This document shows, in pieces, positions 25,301-37,277 of a stretch of DNA of 64,000 bases. The stretch comes from Pocillopora damicornis (taxonomy: Eukaryota), in the NCBI RefSeq assembly GCF_003704095.1, contig NW_020844837.1, forward strand, positions 558,001 through 622,000, written 5' to 3'. Position numbers and translations under genes: made by a program. Position 1 is the first letter of the stretch. Each line of letters starts with the position of its first letter. The notes under the pieces are model-generated. The model made no database searches. It had not been told where the DNA came from and saw only the letters and a program-made list of their open reading frames with translations.

Positions 25301-28300
25301 TCCTTGTTATAATACTAAAGGAAATATACCAAGAAGAGATTGGAGAATGTAGATACTGATCATAGGGTGTAAATGGTTAACATACAAATATGTAAGAGTC
25401 AGTATCCAGTGATCAGTTTGAAGCTAAGTTCTGTTATTGTTAAGTATTGGACATTTTGTAGAGAGTGCATTTGATTGATTTTCACAAACCAAAACAAAAA
25501 CCAAGTATTATACTTAATAATTTCAATGTCCAATTAGAACAAAGGAAAGAAATGTTTCTCAAGGAATTGAGGAGAGCTTTAAGTATAAATTAACAAATTG
25601 CTTGAGGTACAGGAAAATGCAAGTTACCAAGTTTTAGTTTTGTAGGTGATTGGTTGAGAGGTTACTACAAGTCTTTCAGACCAATCACAGAGTGGATTAA
25701 AGGAAAACCAAGGCAATCCTTTCTTACTTTCTGATACTCAAAGAAAATTGATTGCATTTCAGGTGGCTATGGAGTGGTTATTCTCATAGGACAAGATGGA
25801 GTCCAGCGTCCACCAATCCGTTTTCCTACAACTGGGTCTCTGTTGTCATTCTTAAACTGTCTTGAGAATGGTCTCCACCCTCATGGTGAACTTGACCCTC
25901 CATTGTTTAACCCACGCTCCAAGGGCCTTGCCCTTCCCAGCCTGAAGAAACCACTTTCAGGATCTAACTTGCCACTGATGTCTTTCTCCAAAGGAGAAAA
26001 TACAAATCAAGATTATGTCTTTAGACTTGTTTCTGGAACAAAACCTGATGTTGTTGGTGAGTACTTAATGATTTGACAATTTCAGACGTGTTTGAAAAGG
26101 GTTCTTCNNNNNNNNNNNNNNNNNNNNNNNNNNNNNNNNNNNNNNNNNNNNNNNNNNNNNNNNNNNNNNNNNNNNNNNNNNNNNNNNNNNNNNNNNNNNN
26201 NNNNNNNNNNNNNNNNNNNNNNNNNNNNNNNNNNNNNNNNNNNNNNNNNNNNNNNNNNNNNNNNNNNNNNNNNNNNNNNNNNNNNNNNNNNNNNNNNNNN
26301 NNNNNNNNNNNNNNNNNNNNNNNNNNNNNNNNNNNNNNNNNNNNNNNNNNNNNNNNNNNNNNNNNNNNNNNNCCAAAATGAGTGACCCCATTCTAATAAC
26401 TCCATTGACAATGCAACCCCATCATTGTCGATCCAGTTTTAAAAATGCGACGTCCTCTAGCGGCACATCCCCATTATTCTATNNNNNNNNNNNNNNNNNN
26501 NNNNNNNNNNNNNNNNNNNNNNNNNNNNNNNNNNNNNNNNNNNNNNNNNNNNNNNNNNNNNNNNNNNNNNNNNNNNNNNNNNCCCGTCCCCTCCCGTCCC
26601 CTCCAGACATATGACAATCCATGGCAAGTAGTTCTTGGCATTTCATCAGGTTTCCCCGACAGCTCACCGGCAGTCATTTATACTCTTGGTTGAAGAGAAG
26701 CTCTATCAGAAAGGAAATGTCTTCCTCAACAACACACGACAATGACTTAGGCAGCGCTTGAATCCTGAACCTCTCAAAAGTTAAGAGTTCTGAGTTCAGC
26801 GCCAACGCGTCTCTCACCCTGTAATCACAATGACGACGATGACGGTCATGATGACGATGACGATGTCGGTGACGACTTCGATGACGATGACGATGACTAT
26901 GACGGTAATGATGACGTTATGGTGACGCAGACGGTAAAAATAATCATGATGGTGATGATGATGACCTTGACGATGACATGATGTTGATAACGATGTTGAT
27001 GTTGATGATAATAATAATGATGATGACGATGATGATGATAGTAATAATAATTTTCCTGTGTGCGGTTTTGTTTACTAGGGAATGTCTCAGCACTGCATGC
27101 GAAACTATGAGACGACAAATCACTTTACGAGCTTTCAATGGATGTAAGTTAACCTTGATTATGTAGATTCCAAGTGATATTAAAACTCCTGAAGTGTTTT
27201 ATGTGCTTAATAAGTGTTCATGCTTTTTCATCAGGGTTTTCGTACGTGCGCCACCTCAAAACAGTTAGAACGCATTTGTTATGGCTAGTTAATCACAGCA
27301 ACACCAATTCCGAAGAGAACGGAGTCGATTACGCCCAGGGACTTACTGAACAAACATGGAGAAGCATGTGCAGTAATGGAAAGGTAAAATCTTTTTCGTT
27401 AGAACTGAGCAGGCTCTGGTACGAGTGGAGGAGCGGCGAGAGAAGTCGGCTTCGTTTGGAAGACGGCGACGGGAGCGATTTCCGCGCCAGGCCCTTCGCC
27501 GGCTCCTTACGCCAGCTACCTCGTCTCTCGCGGCTTCGCCGGTCATGCCACAGCGCTTTAGGCAGATGTTACCAGGAAGTTTAGTCGTTTGCATGAAGCG
27601 AGATAGCCTGTAAACGAGTTTTAATAAGCGCTGCGGAGCCCATTAGCTGCCGCTGATTGTTTCTCGTGGCTTACTGGCTAAAGGTGAGATAAACACACCA
27701 GTGGCTGGATGATGAGAGAAATGAATAGTCATTAGTCTATGTTTCTATCTTTCCCTCTTCTTTTCCAAGAAATTCAGGTTTCTTGTTAAGTGATTAGCTA
27801 CACAGTGTTACGCATTTTTGGTTTAAACTTTTATCCTATGCTTATTTAGATATGCTTTGGTCACTGGTTTCCTTGAAGGAACCTTTGTTAGCTCATAAGC
27901 GCGTTGCATGACGTGTCAAAACGACGGTTGCGAAAGAGACATAGCATGAACAAGTAGCTGTATGAGAAAAAAAATACCTAGCTTGTCTCGATGCATTGTG
28001 AGCTTCACATGTAGTTACCTGGGGACCACTTCTCAAGCCGGAGCCGTAGCTGCAAAAGTGATTGCAATTTTTCTTATCAACTGATCATCTTCCAGGTTAA
28101 TGACGAGGATAAAGTTAAGAAGTATGTCTACTTCGGCGGAGTAGAACACTCCATCAGAAAAGAGGTAAGATCATCAACTTGGTAAATTTAATCACTGCTA
28201 ACCAGCGAGCATGAGAATGTTTTTGCCTGAGAAGGTATTTTATGTGACATCTTTCCTTAAGGTGTGGCCTTATTTACTGGGACACTACAAATTTGGAAGC

Positions 28301-31107
28301 ACACCTAAAGATCGTCAGGCAACTGACAAGGCTGCTAACGAAGAATTTCGTTCCATCATGGAGGAATGGAAAGAAGTAGAGAGTGTGATTCGACAGCACG
28401 AGAAAGAACAAGAAATGGATGGTATCTCTATGGACAGCACAGGCAGTAGAGATGAAGTCTTTGAACAGTTGGAAATGATCAGTAGCGGCTTAGAAAAATC
28501 AGAGAATTTTAATCGTCAGAGGGTCAGTATCGAGGAACCCGAGATTGAAGGACTTGATGAGGCTGCAAAAGCCAGGTTAATGAATGGACAGCTTATTATT
28601 CCAGCGAAAAATGGCGATGATGCCGAAAGTGGGTGTTGTAGCGACTGTGGGGAAGACAATGGCAAGTTCATGTCAATGTCAAGAACATGCCAGCGGTGTA
28701 GCAAGAGATTTCATTCTGCTGTGGAAATGAACAGTCACGGGACAGGTCACGTTCCAAATGGCCATGATTCCACGTACAGTGACACCAACGCGCGGGAGGA
28801 GTCACAGCAGACCAGTCACGACACGGACACGGAGGTCCCAGTCCTTTGTAAACAATGTAGCCAGGGAAGCATTGGGTCTAGAGCATCGTGTCCATACTCG
28901 GTGAGTAGCTATCTTTTTCAAGATACTTGAGATCAGTGGTAGGTGTCCATAGTCAGATCTAGGTGTTTATGTAGCTTGTTTTGGCGCTTTCCTACATAAT
29001 TTAGACTTGATTACACTGTCTGCTTCTCGTCTTCACCAAGGAGTATCACTGAATATGAAGGGGAATTTTTAGGAAACGTTACAAACTTGAAGTGAAGGTA
29101 CCGTGCATAAAAGAATTCCTCCCTTCAACTGCTTCATGCTGTGAAAACTGGGAGGCACTGAGTTATGTTTGGCTAGCCTTTTTGTGATTTTTAGCAGAAC
29201 TTACCAAGGTCCAGATTCAATGCTATTTTAACTTTTCCTTCGATCGACTTTTGAAGGCTCACTGTACCCCCCCTTAGATACTATAAGAACAAGAACACCT
29301 GTTAAGAAACGCACGTGTGCAATACTATAATCATTTAAACAACTTTGTGAGAAACGATGTCTTTGCTCATAGTTGTTATTACTGATCTTCAATGATTTGC
29401 CCGATTATTCTCCCAGACTGATCTCCTTGATGACTTTGGTTTAAATCTTCATCGAATCGAGAAAGATGTTCTGAGATGTGATAGAAATTATCCTTACTTT
29501 ACTCACGAAAACCTTGATAAACTAAGAAACGTCATTAGCAGGTAAGGCTTGGTTACAAAATCGACACTTTTCTTCAATGGGTTACCGTTGAGTGTCCGAG
29601 CGGATCAATGTTAGTATCTGAGCAACTCCACACCTACTCCTCCCCTAACCCCGCAACAGTCAACTGATAACAACTTAGGGTTAATGCCGGGTTAGGGAAG
29701 GGGTAGGTGCGTGGTTGCTCAGTCACTGACATTGATCCGTCCGCGGACCTAGCGACTGACGCTTGGAGTGCCTGAGTAAAAGTCATCTTCCGAGTCAAGT
29801 GAAGGATGTATCATGACTCGTGTTGGTGATTTTCGCGTTTGATTCTGTAATGTTTTTACTTGCAGTTACGTGTGGAAGACCTTGGATGTTGGTTACGTTC
29901 AAGGGATGTGTGATCTCGTGGCCCCTTTGCTTGTCGTCTTTGACAATGGTAAGTTGCTGCACTCATGCAGAACGACCAAAAAAGAATGGAGGGTTGTAAA
30001 CACTTCTCATGTCCTCCTTGTTTATTAGTGAGTTATCTTTTGTCGTTTCCGCGACTGTAAAGGTGTTTCTCTTCTTTTCTCAGAGGCGATAACCTACAGC
30101 TGTTTCGTGGATCTCATGCAGAGAATGAACAGTAACTTCCCACACGGTGGAGCTATGGACACGCATTTTGCAAACATGAGATCTTTGATCCAAGTACGTA
30201 CCTAAATGATTCATTCGATCCAAGTGATAAAAGAGCGATGAAAACTCCTGCATTTTAGCGATTATGCATTGGAGCAGCTTACGTTAGTAATATCATATCA
30301 ACGCTTTTTTACCATGTACATGGAGTTATTAAGTTTTTGACTCACTGTTTGCAGATTCTCGACCCTGAAATGTTCGAACATCTTCAGCAAAATGGCGACC
30401 TCACGCATTTCTACTTCTGCTACAGATGGTTCCTTCTTGACTTCAAACGAGGTTTGTGGTCACACATCCTGACATAGTACAATAGACATACAGACGGAGT
30501 TATGTGCGTAGATACAAACAGATAGACAGATCGACATGCATGCAGGCGGGGAGACACCGATAGACTGACTGACTTACAGTAGTACGCAAGAAGATAGATG
30601 GAAAGGCAGATAGACAGGCACAAACATACGGACGTCAAGTGAATCATAACAGTTTAGTTATGATGGTTTGCTTTCGTGTTCATATTTTTACAGAACTTCT
30701 CTATGAAGACGTGTTTGTAGTGTGGGAAATCATCTGGGCAGCTAGGCACCTTGCCTCAGAACACTTTGTTCTTTTTATCGCCCTCGCACTGCTTCAATTT
30801 TACAGGTAAAGGAAAAACTGATTTTTGACCGTTTCCTTTGGTACGGACGTTTTTACGGAAGTTTCAAAAGGCAAGCGAATCCACAAGGAGATGTTACTAA
30901 AGATGAGTTGGCTAACTCTCGTTTAAAAAAATACAAGAGTAACTTTTATTTAATGGTAGACATCAATATCAAACATATCTCACTGTCTCAGTATGAAAAG
31001 AACTGTTTTGATGTGATGAGAAACTCTTAATCTTACCTTCTTGTCTTACAGGGATATCATTTTGGACAACAAAATGGACTTCACAGACATCATTAAGTTC
31101 TTCAATG
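16355..31107 (+). CDS. SGSM1: Small G protein signalling modulator (SGSM1/2, RUTBC): RUN + PH-like + split TBC domain. Exons: 16355-16370, 16470-16513, 16750-16825, 18910-19092, 20007-20184, 21608-21675, 24011-24294, 24939-25119, 25763-26056, [exon(s) presumed in gap], 27079-27143, 27235-27383, 28096-28164, 28262-28900, 29417-29541, 29866-29948, 30084-30193, 30355-30451, 30694-30805, 31052-31107, [last exon presumed in gap].
   Basis: Diagnostic segments: [108 protein letters not shown]. The symbol is family-level; SGSM1 and SGSM2 cannot be told apart in an invertebrate. Confidence 0.9.
18578..18786. mobile_element. TTAA-bounded MITE copy in an SGSM intron
   Basis: TTAACCCTTTAACTCC ... AGTTAGAGTGTTAA. 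Internal sequence is nearly the same as 38285-38496 and 4411-4618. Confidence 0.7.
20269..20485. mobile_element. TTAA-bounded MITE copy in the opposite orientation
   Basis: TTAAACCTTTAACTCC ... GAAAAGGGTTAA. Internal sequence is the reverse complement of the 18578 family. Confidence 0.65.
26829..27050. repeat. Imperfect (GAT/GAC)n trinucleotide microsatellite, intronic
   Basis: Long GATGACGAT run immediately upstream of the SGSM exon at 27079. Confidence 0.85.
29601..29739. mobile_element. Palindromic (foldback) MITE in an SGSM intron
   Basis: CGGATCAATGTTAGTATCTGAGCAAC...CCCCTAACCC / GGGTTAGGG...GTTGCTCAGTCACTGACATTGATCCG long inverted repeat. Confidence 0.75.
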
Positions 31108-33344
31108 GTATTGTAATCTATTTNNNNNNNNNNNNNNNNNNNNNNNNNNNNNNNNNNNNNNNNNNNNNNNNNNNNNNNNNNNNNNNNNNNNNNNNNNNNN
31201 NNNNNNNNNNNNNNNNNNNNNNNTATTTAAAGCAAGTAAACGGCAACGTATTGCATATGATCTTTCATTGTTGATGACTTTCGGTGACAATTGTTAACTA
31301 ATTTGTCTAGTTCTGTTTACAAGCTACACCTAGAGTGCCATGTGGAAAACAGATTAGCATTTCTTAATTTTATTGTAATGTTTTTAAAATGTTGTTATCG
31401 AGAGCCACAAAAGTCCAAATATGCTTGATGTTAGTCATTAATTTGCCGTCGAATTCAGTAATCATACTATATAAATTGAATATATTTTGGTACCCGCTCG
31501 TCGAGTTGTAGGCACCCGTTAATGAGGTGCAGGGACATGGTACAGGTTCGTGTTCCCTAAAATTGCTTCAATTAGTTTTTTGTGTTGATACCAAAACATT
31601 TGGTTTATCAAAAATTGGAAAGTTGAGGTCTGTAAACCGAAGAATGTCTGGTTGATAATTTACTTAGCCCATGCTAAACTCATAATTATTGATTCATTAT
31701 AAATTTAAGTATTTATTAGCTCACAGCTACTATACGTTGGGACGAATCAGAGCTGCTAGTAAAGTATTTATAACAAACAAAGTAAAACAGTAGACAAAAA
31801 TACCAAATCAATCGGTTCCTTTCATTTGATTTTTTTACGGTATCATAAGCCTGCGTGACCTCGCGATTAACTTTTTTGTGAGGTTTCCGCGCTATAAAAG
31901 TGGTTCTGACGCATGCTATCCTTTACAGAAGTGGCATTTATTTTTGTAGCTTTTTGAATTTCTATGTTAGGTATATTGTTTCCTTATCGAACAGGCAGCT
32001 CTACTATTATACTCTGATATATTTACTTATTACTGAGTAATAAGTCAGTTTGGGGAAATTTTCAATTGACTGTCAACAGCCATCTGCGCCGTAATTGGTC
32101 GAGAATATATTTGCCATCCTCTGAACCAATCAGACGAAAAGTATAAGTCAATCATGTCTTGTCAACAGTGTTTTCCCGCCCTTTTGGTAGTTTACCTGTT
32201 ATTACTTTGAGTTTTAGTTGGCTAATGATGGTGTTTATCTTTGTTATGATTGGCCGTTGTGATTGCTTCGGTTTTGGTTTGTCGTAAGTCAATTGAAAAC
32301 TGCTCTGGTCAAGTGACTTCGTTTTCAGGGTGCTGTGGAACAGAAAGAGGGCGAAGTGTATTGTACAAACAAATATGTGACAATACAAGTAAAATGAAAA
32401 TATAAATGATGCAGTAGTTTCCTTATTTCTGATTTTTCGTGTCGCCAAAATGACACTTTTCTGATGTCAGGGTGCATACATCAACTTGTTTATTACTGAT
32501 TGAATAATCCACCTAGCAGCTGTTCAGTGGGTTGTCACGCTACGCTCCCCTCATGAATTCCAGAGAAGGCGCGATGGAGACTAATGGGTTGTATTCAGCC
32601 TTGTTCGCTCTGTCCTTCTCATCGTCAAGAGGGTTCACACAAATACATAAGGGGATGTCTAACTCACTACGCCCATAGGCACGATGATCATCTCAAACCC
32701 AGTCCCTCTTCATTTCACATCAGTCGAGTTGTGGGTCAGTTCCTGGAGGGGTTATTCCCATGAAAAGGATTTATAGGTACATGTCACCCCACAGGCTGTG
32801 ATTCTAAGTATTCTTGGTCTAAAAAGGGGAATAGACTTTGAGTATGTTCGTTCAAATTAGGTGTGGGTTACAAGGGAACGCCAGGAGTGTTAAAATAAAA
32901 CATACTCGTCTATTCAACACGAAATGACTAATAGGGAAAGGAAATTAACCAGACGTTACCATTGAGGTGAATTTTATCCGCTCTTGACATCTGCAGAGAT
33001 ATGAGGCGTTCAACAATTTAACAAGGTGTTGTAGGTCTGCACCAAAGAGTGTAGCTCTTAGGAGGCTCTTAGACCTGTATCTGTAGTAACAGTGAACCCC
33101 TCTGTATGGTTTTACAAAATTCAGGGAAAACTTCCCAATAACTTGATGTTCCTCGTGCCTACGTAACTGACCGGTATGTTCTCTGGTGTGTTTAGCTGCA
33201 AGTTCGTGAAACAGTCGGCACAAGTCGGGAACACTCGTACATAAATTAGGTTCCGGTATCGGAACACCCCTGAACCATCCCGACTGGAACACGTTTCATT
33301 ATCTTTCAACAATAACAGACTGCTGGAGGCGACGAGACGGCAGA

Positions 33345-35944
33345 ATGAGAGGCGTATCGCCATTTTCTGCTTTCGTTCTCCTTTCTATTTTTGCAGTTTC
33401 ATTCTGCAAAGATAAACAGGATTCAGGCAATGGAACTATTGTGAGAGCCCGTTTAGAGGTGTGTTGAAGTCAGCCTGTTTGTTTATCATGTTAAAACAGA
33501 CCGACTTTTCAAGAGTGGAAGGTTCGATCTGTTAAACAGCTGTAAGATTCTTTGTTGGAACGGTAGTGGCGCAGGTTTCTCTGCTCCTCCAGTAAAATAA
33601 CTCATTCAATGAAAGTATTTTTTGTACGTAAGTAGCCGTCCAGCTCCTAAAGGGTAAAATAACTGCAACTTTAGAAGGCGTGAATTATTCCTTGTCAATT
33701 ATTGAGCTTCCTTCTTTGTACTAATCGTCTGCCCAGAAGCCATCAAGATTATTCATGTCAATTAAAGTTAGGCATGCCTCAGAAAGTTTTCTCCTCATTG
33801 GATCGATCAAAATTGATAAAATCGCTTTAAAATGATTACGCACTGCAATATCGGAAAGAAAAAGAAAACTTTTCATGTAGTCCTTGATTCTTTTGTTGCA
33901 AGTCGTTCACCTCTTTAATATTTTATTGTCTGTGGTCATTGTAGTGAAACCCTCTCATCTTTTTCATTGGCTAGAAATGGTGTAATTTTTCTGTTCCTAG
34001 AGCAATATGAGATAATTATTCCGTTAGGCTGCGAGGGAATTAGCCTGGTAAATCTTATAAGAAGGGTGGCTGGGGGGATGGCTATTCTTTTGAGTGTTGA
34101 GAAGGGGCACATATGAACCTCATGGGATGTATCAATTGAAAATTCTTAAATTATTTGTTTTGTTGGAAGTGTAAGATAAAGTTAAGATAGGGTCAGGGAA
34201 TGATATCTTGAAAAACCATGGCCAGGCAAACTCTCCATTTGGTCACTGTTTGCAATACCTCTTGATATATTGTTCATAGTGTGCTTACTTTGGTCAGCAA
34301 CTCTGGTAGAAATTTAAAATGTGTAGCTAAAATTGTTAAATATTAATCACAGATTTTAAAACAAGAGTCTAAGTCAGTCAGTGAGTCTTGGATTCATCAA
34401 GAGAACTGAGATTTTTTCTTTTTCCTTGCTCATAACAAAATGAATAATACTGAGCTGGAGAATTTACCATGTTTCTCAACTGAATAATATTTCCCTTGAT
34501 AGAGTGGTTTCAAGGACAGAAGTAGAGGGAACAAAATATGCATGTTATTATTTCTTTTGTGTGCATCTGTGCACTTGTTATTGTGGTGAATTTTGGTATT
34601 TTGGAAAAAGCTTATTGATACAGCTGTGTAAACTTTTTTAAGTACTACTCCAGCATATTTAAGGTATCAGATTTTTTTATACAACTAAGGGTTTAAAAAA
34701 AATATGTACACATACTTGGTCTCAAAGTTACTAATTGTTATATTTTTCTCAGACCTGTGGTGGATGACGTTTGAATCGCCTCCCAGAGGTAAGATTTACT
34801 CCCTGCTTGCTTTTAAGTAAGCTTGGTTGAAAAGAAAAAAAAGAAGTCTTGTTACAAGTTTCTACCTATCTTGTGAATTTGTAAATAGAAATTGAACTTG
34901 CTTTTTTGGCAGTTTACTTCATTTTCAAGTGAGAGTTATCAATCAGTCAAGACCTCAGCACAAATCAAAACTGTTAAGCTAGCTCACATTATGTCTTTTA
35001 TCAGTTTAACTGAAAAATACTCTTTTTATATTTTTCCACAGGTGAAGGCTTTCATTTCAAAGCTTTTGCCTTTCCAGTATCCTTTTATTCTTGTCCATTG
35101 ATGCAAATTGAAACTATGGTGCAACCCCTCTATAACAGTTTTTTTAAGGAATAGGAACTTTTGCCATACAGCATGTCTAACATCTTTTCATTAATTTGGA
35201 ATGACTTTTTGTTGGGAGTGTCCATGTGTGTGGGAGGGGAGGGGGGGAGGGGAAGGTAACCTGTATTGGACAAGCATCTGTCTAAAGGAGGTGACAATAC
35301 TCCTTTTTGCTTCATGCTCAGGAAACAAGAATAAGCTTGAGCAGAGTGAGGGACTAGGTACAATTGCTGACTTCACATGTACATGTGTTTAACACCGTTT
35401 TTTCCCCATCTGTAATGTACCAAAAAGTGTCAGTTATGTTCCTTTATGATGTATAGCCATGATGTGAACATTAAGTACATTCCTGGTAAAGACCCAACCA
35501 TGGTGTTCTTAAATTCTGACAACAAGGTGGTGCTGGTGAGTAAACTGTTTTACCATGGCAGTGTCATTTGCCAGAAGTCCCAATCTTACCTTATCCGACA
35601 AAGCTCTTGATGACTGTACAGACACTGACACCTCTCAGTTATCTGACAGCTCAATGATTCTCACAAACTTTTGTCACTTTTGTTTTTGTATCAACCTCCT
35701 CCATTGTTTTTCCATGCAGGAGGAAGATGTTTCAGAGATGAAGACAGATGAAATATCCCAACTCTTAGAAAAGCATGGATTGCCTAAGTCAGCAGAAGCC
35801 AGGAGTGAAGTTCCTGAAGAGCCAGATGAGCCAGAGGAACTGGAGGAGCCAGAAGAGCCAGAAGAAGAGGAGCTGGAAGAGGGTGAAACAGAAGAATATG
35901 ATGATGATGAGGAAGATGATGTTACAGACCATACTGAACTATAA
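33345..35944 (+). CDS. SELENOM: Selenoprotein M. Exons: 33345-33458, 34753-34788, 35042-35076, 35457-35535, 35720-35944. 162 aa with Sec (TGA at 34765-34767).
   Basis: Signal peptide MRGVSPFSAFVLLSIFAVSFC; ARLE-TCGG(U)RLNRLPEVKAF; YIPGKDPTMVFL; EMKTDEISQLLEKHG; C-terminal HTEL. SECIS present in the 3'UTR. Confidence 0.93.
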
Positions 35945-36206
35945 ATTCATTTTCTTCCAATACCAATGAGCAGAGTAATTAGGGTAGGGTGTAGGTTTTT
36001 CAAGTGGCTATAAATGCTCACATAAACTCTTTTCCTTATATTTCACAATCAAGAAAAAATAACAAAATTTAGTTACCGGTATGTAGGCTAAATATTTTAC
36101 ATTTCTTTAATTGATATAATTTACAGCACAAATTGGTAGATATGCAAAGAAAGACAAAGTGTTTAGTACAACAACTTTCAAGTCATCCCAGGCTGTGAAG
36201 GTGTTT

Positions 36207-36264
36207 AAGAGTACATGACACAGTTGTGGATAAATTAATTTTGCAGCTGTTGAGAAACACTCTT
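36207..36264 (+). promoter_or_regulatory. SECIS element in the SELENOM 3'UTR
   Basis: Helix I AAGAGT/ACTCTT; core ATGAC (36215-36219) opposite TGAG (36251-36254); 11-bp helix II ACAGTTGTGGA/TTTGCAGCTGT; apical loop TAAATTAAT containing AAA. AATAAA follows at 36325-36330. Confidence 0.88.
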
Positions 36265-37277
36265 GCTAATTTACAAGAATGGGTTCTTGCCAAGGAAGTT
36301 GTTTTAATGCTTTGTATCTGAAAGAATAAAATTATTTGAAACAAAAATGAAATGACACATATTTATTACAAGAAACAGGTAACAAATTCTCCATGTCAGG
36401 AAATTCTCTCCTTGTCAGCATCTTAAGAAGTGTATAAAGGACATTATGGAGAATATAGATACTGACGTTGGGTGTAAAAAGTTCTGCCATTTTCTTGATT
36501 CTTCTCAAGAAGGAGGAGGTAGGGACAGCATATGTTCATTTCCTGGACATCTCCTTATTACTTGTTGGAGAAGGAAACATGGTATAAGGGCTGTTTATCC
36601 TATTTCTAACAGCAAACCCAAATCAATTGAATCAAGCTTGATGGCTCCTAATTGCTGTCTTGAATTGTGTAGTCAAATTTATTGAGAGATTGTAAGCTAA
36701 TTCCTGACAAAGGGCTAATGCATAAAATGTCAGCTCTAAAAACTCTTTACAGTGACCATTAATTAACTAACTAATTTAGTCACCAGTCTCATGAAAATTG
36801 ACCTACCCCTACTTCAAACTTTTTGTCATATTTATTCCTGAGTTGTCGACAGCAATCAAGAATTGTTTGGCAGATAAATGGTAATTTTCACCTTTTTGGA
36901 TTAGACAGGTTTGAGTTCTGCCTTTGCTAATACATGTTCAAATACAATTAATTGATTTTGACAAATGAGCTTTATTCATATGCATAAAAACATAATATTT
37001 TATTACTCTGACTAGAAACAAGCACAAATAATTTTGGTCATTGCATTACCTGAATTTAAATATTCTTGATCAAACACCCAAGATAAAATTAAGCCTACAG
37101 TGGCAATAATATATATTTTTAACAAAATACTTTGTATGCATTTAAAAAAAATTTTTTCATAAATATGAATGTTATCTTGAAGCTCTTACTAAAGAGGTGT
37201 AAATATACAGGAAAATCAAAGAGCAATTGTTCCTGTGGGTATTTGTGACATGATCATACAAGTACTTTCAAGTAATG

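Noticed and set aside
26065-26693. ORFs spanning N runs
   Set aside because: Artefacts of the assembly gaps.
26897-27166. Poly-His, poly-Ile and poly-Met ORFs
   Set aside because: Translations of an intronic GAT microsatellite; only 27079-27143 is coding.
27400-27613. GC-rich Arg-rich ORFs inside an SGSM intron
   Set aside because: They lie after a clear donor at 27384 and look like a GC-rich repeat insertion rather than an exon.
32520-33363. Minus-strand ORFs upstream of SELENOM (115 and 80 aa) and nearby coding-like sequence
   Set aside because: No recognisable homology, stops in adjacent segments and no consistent exon chain. It could be a decayed remnant, but I cannot support that.
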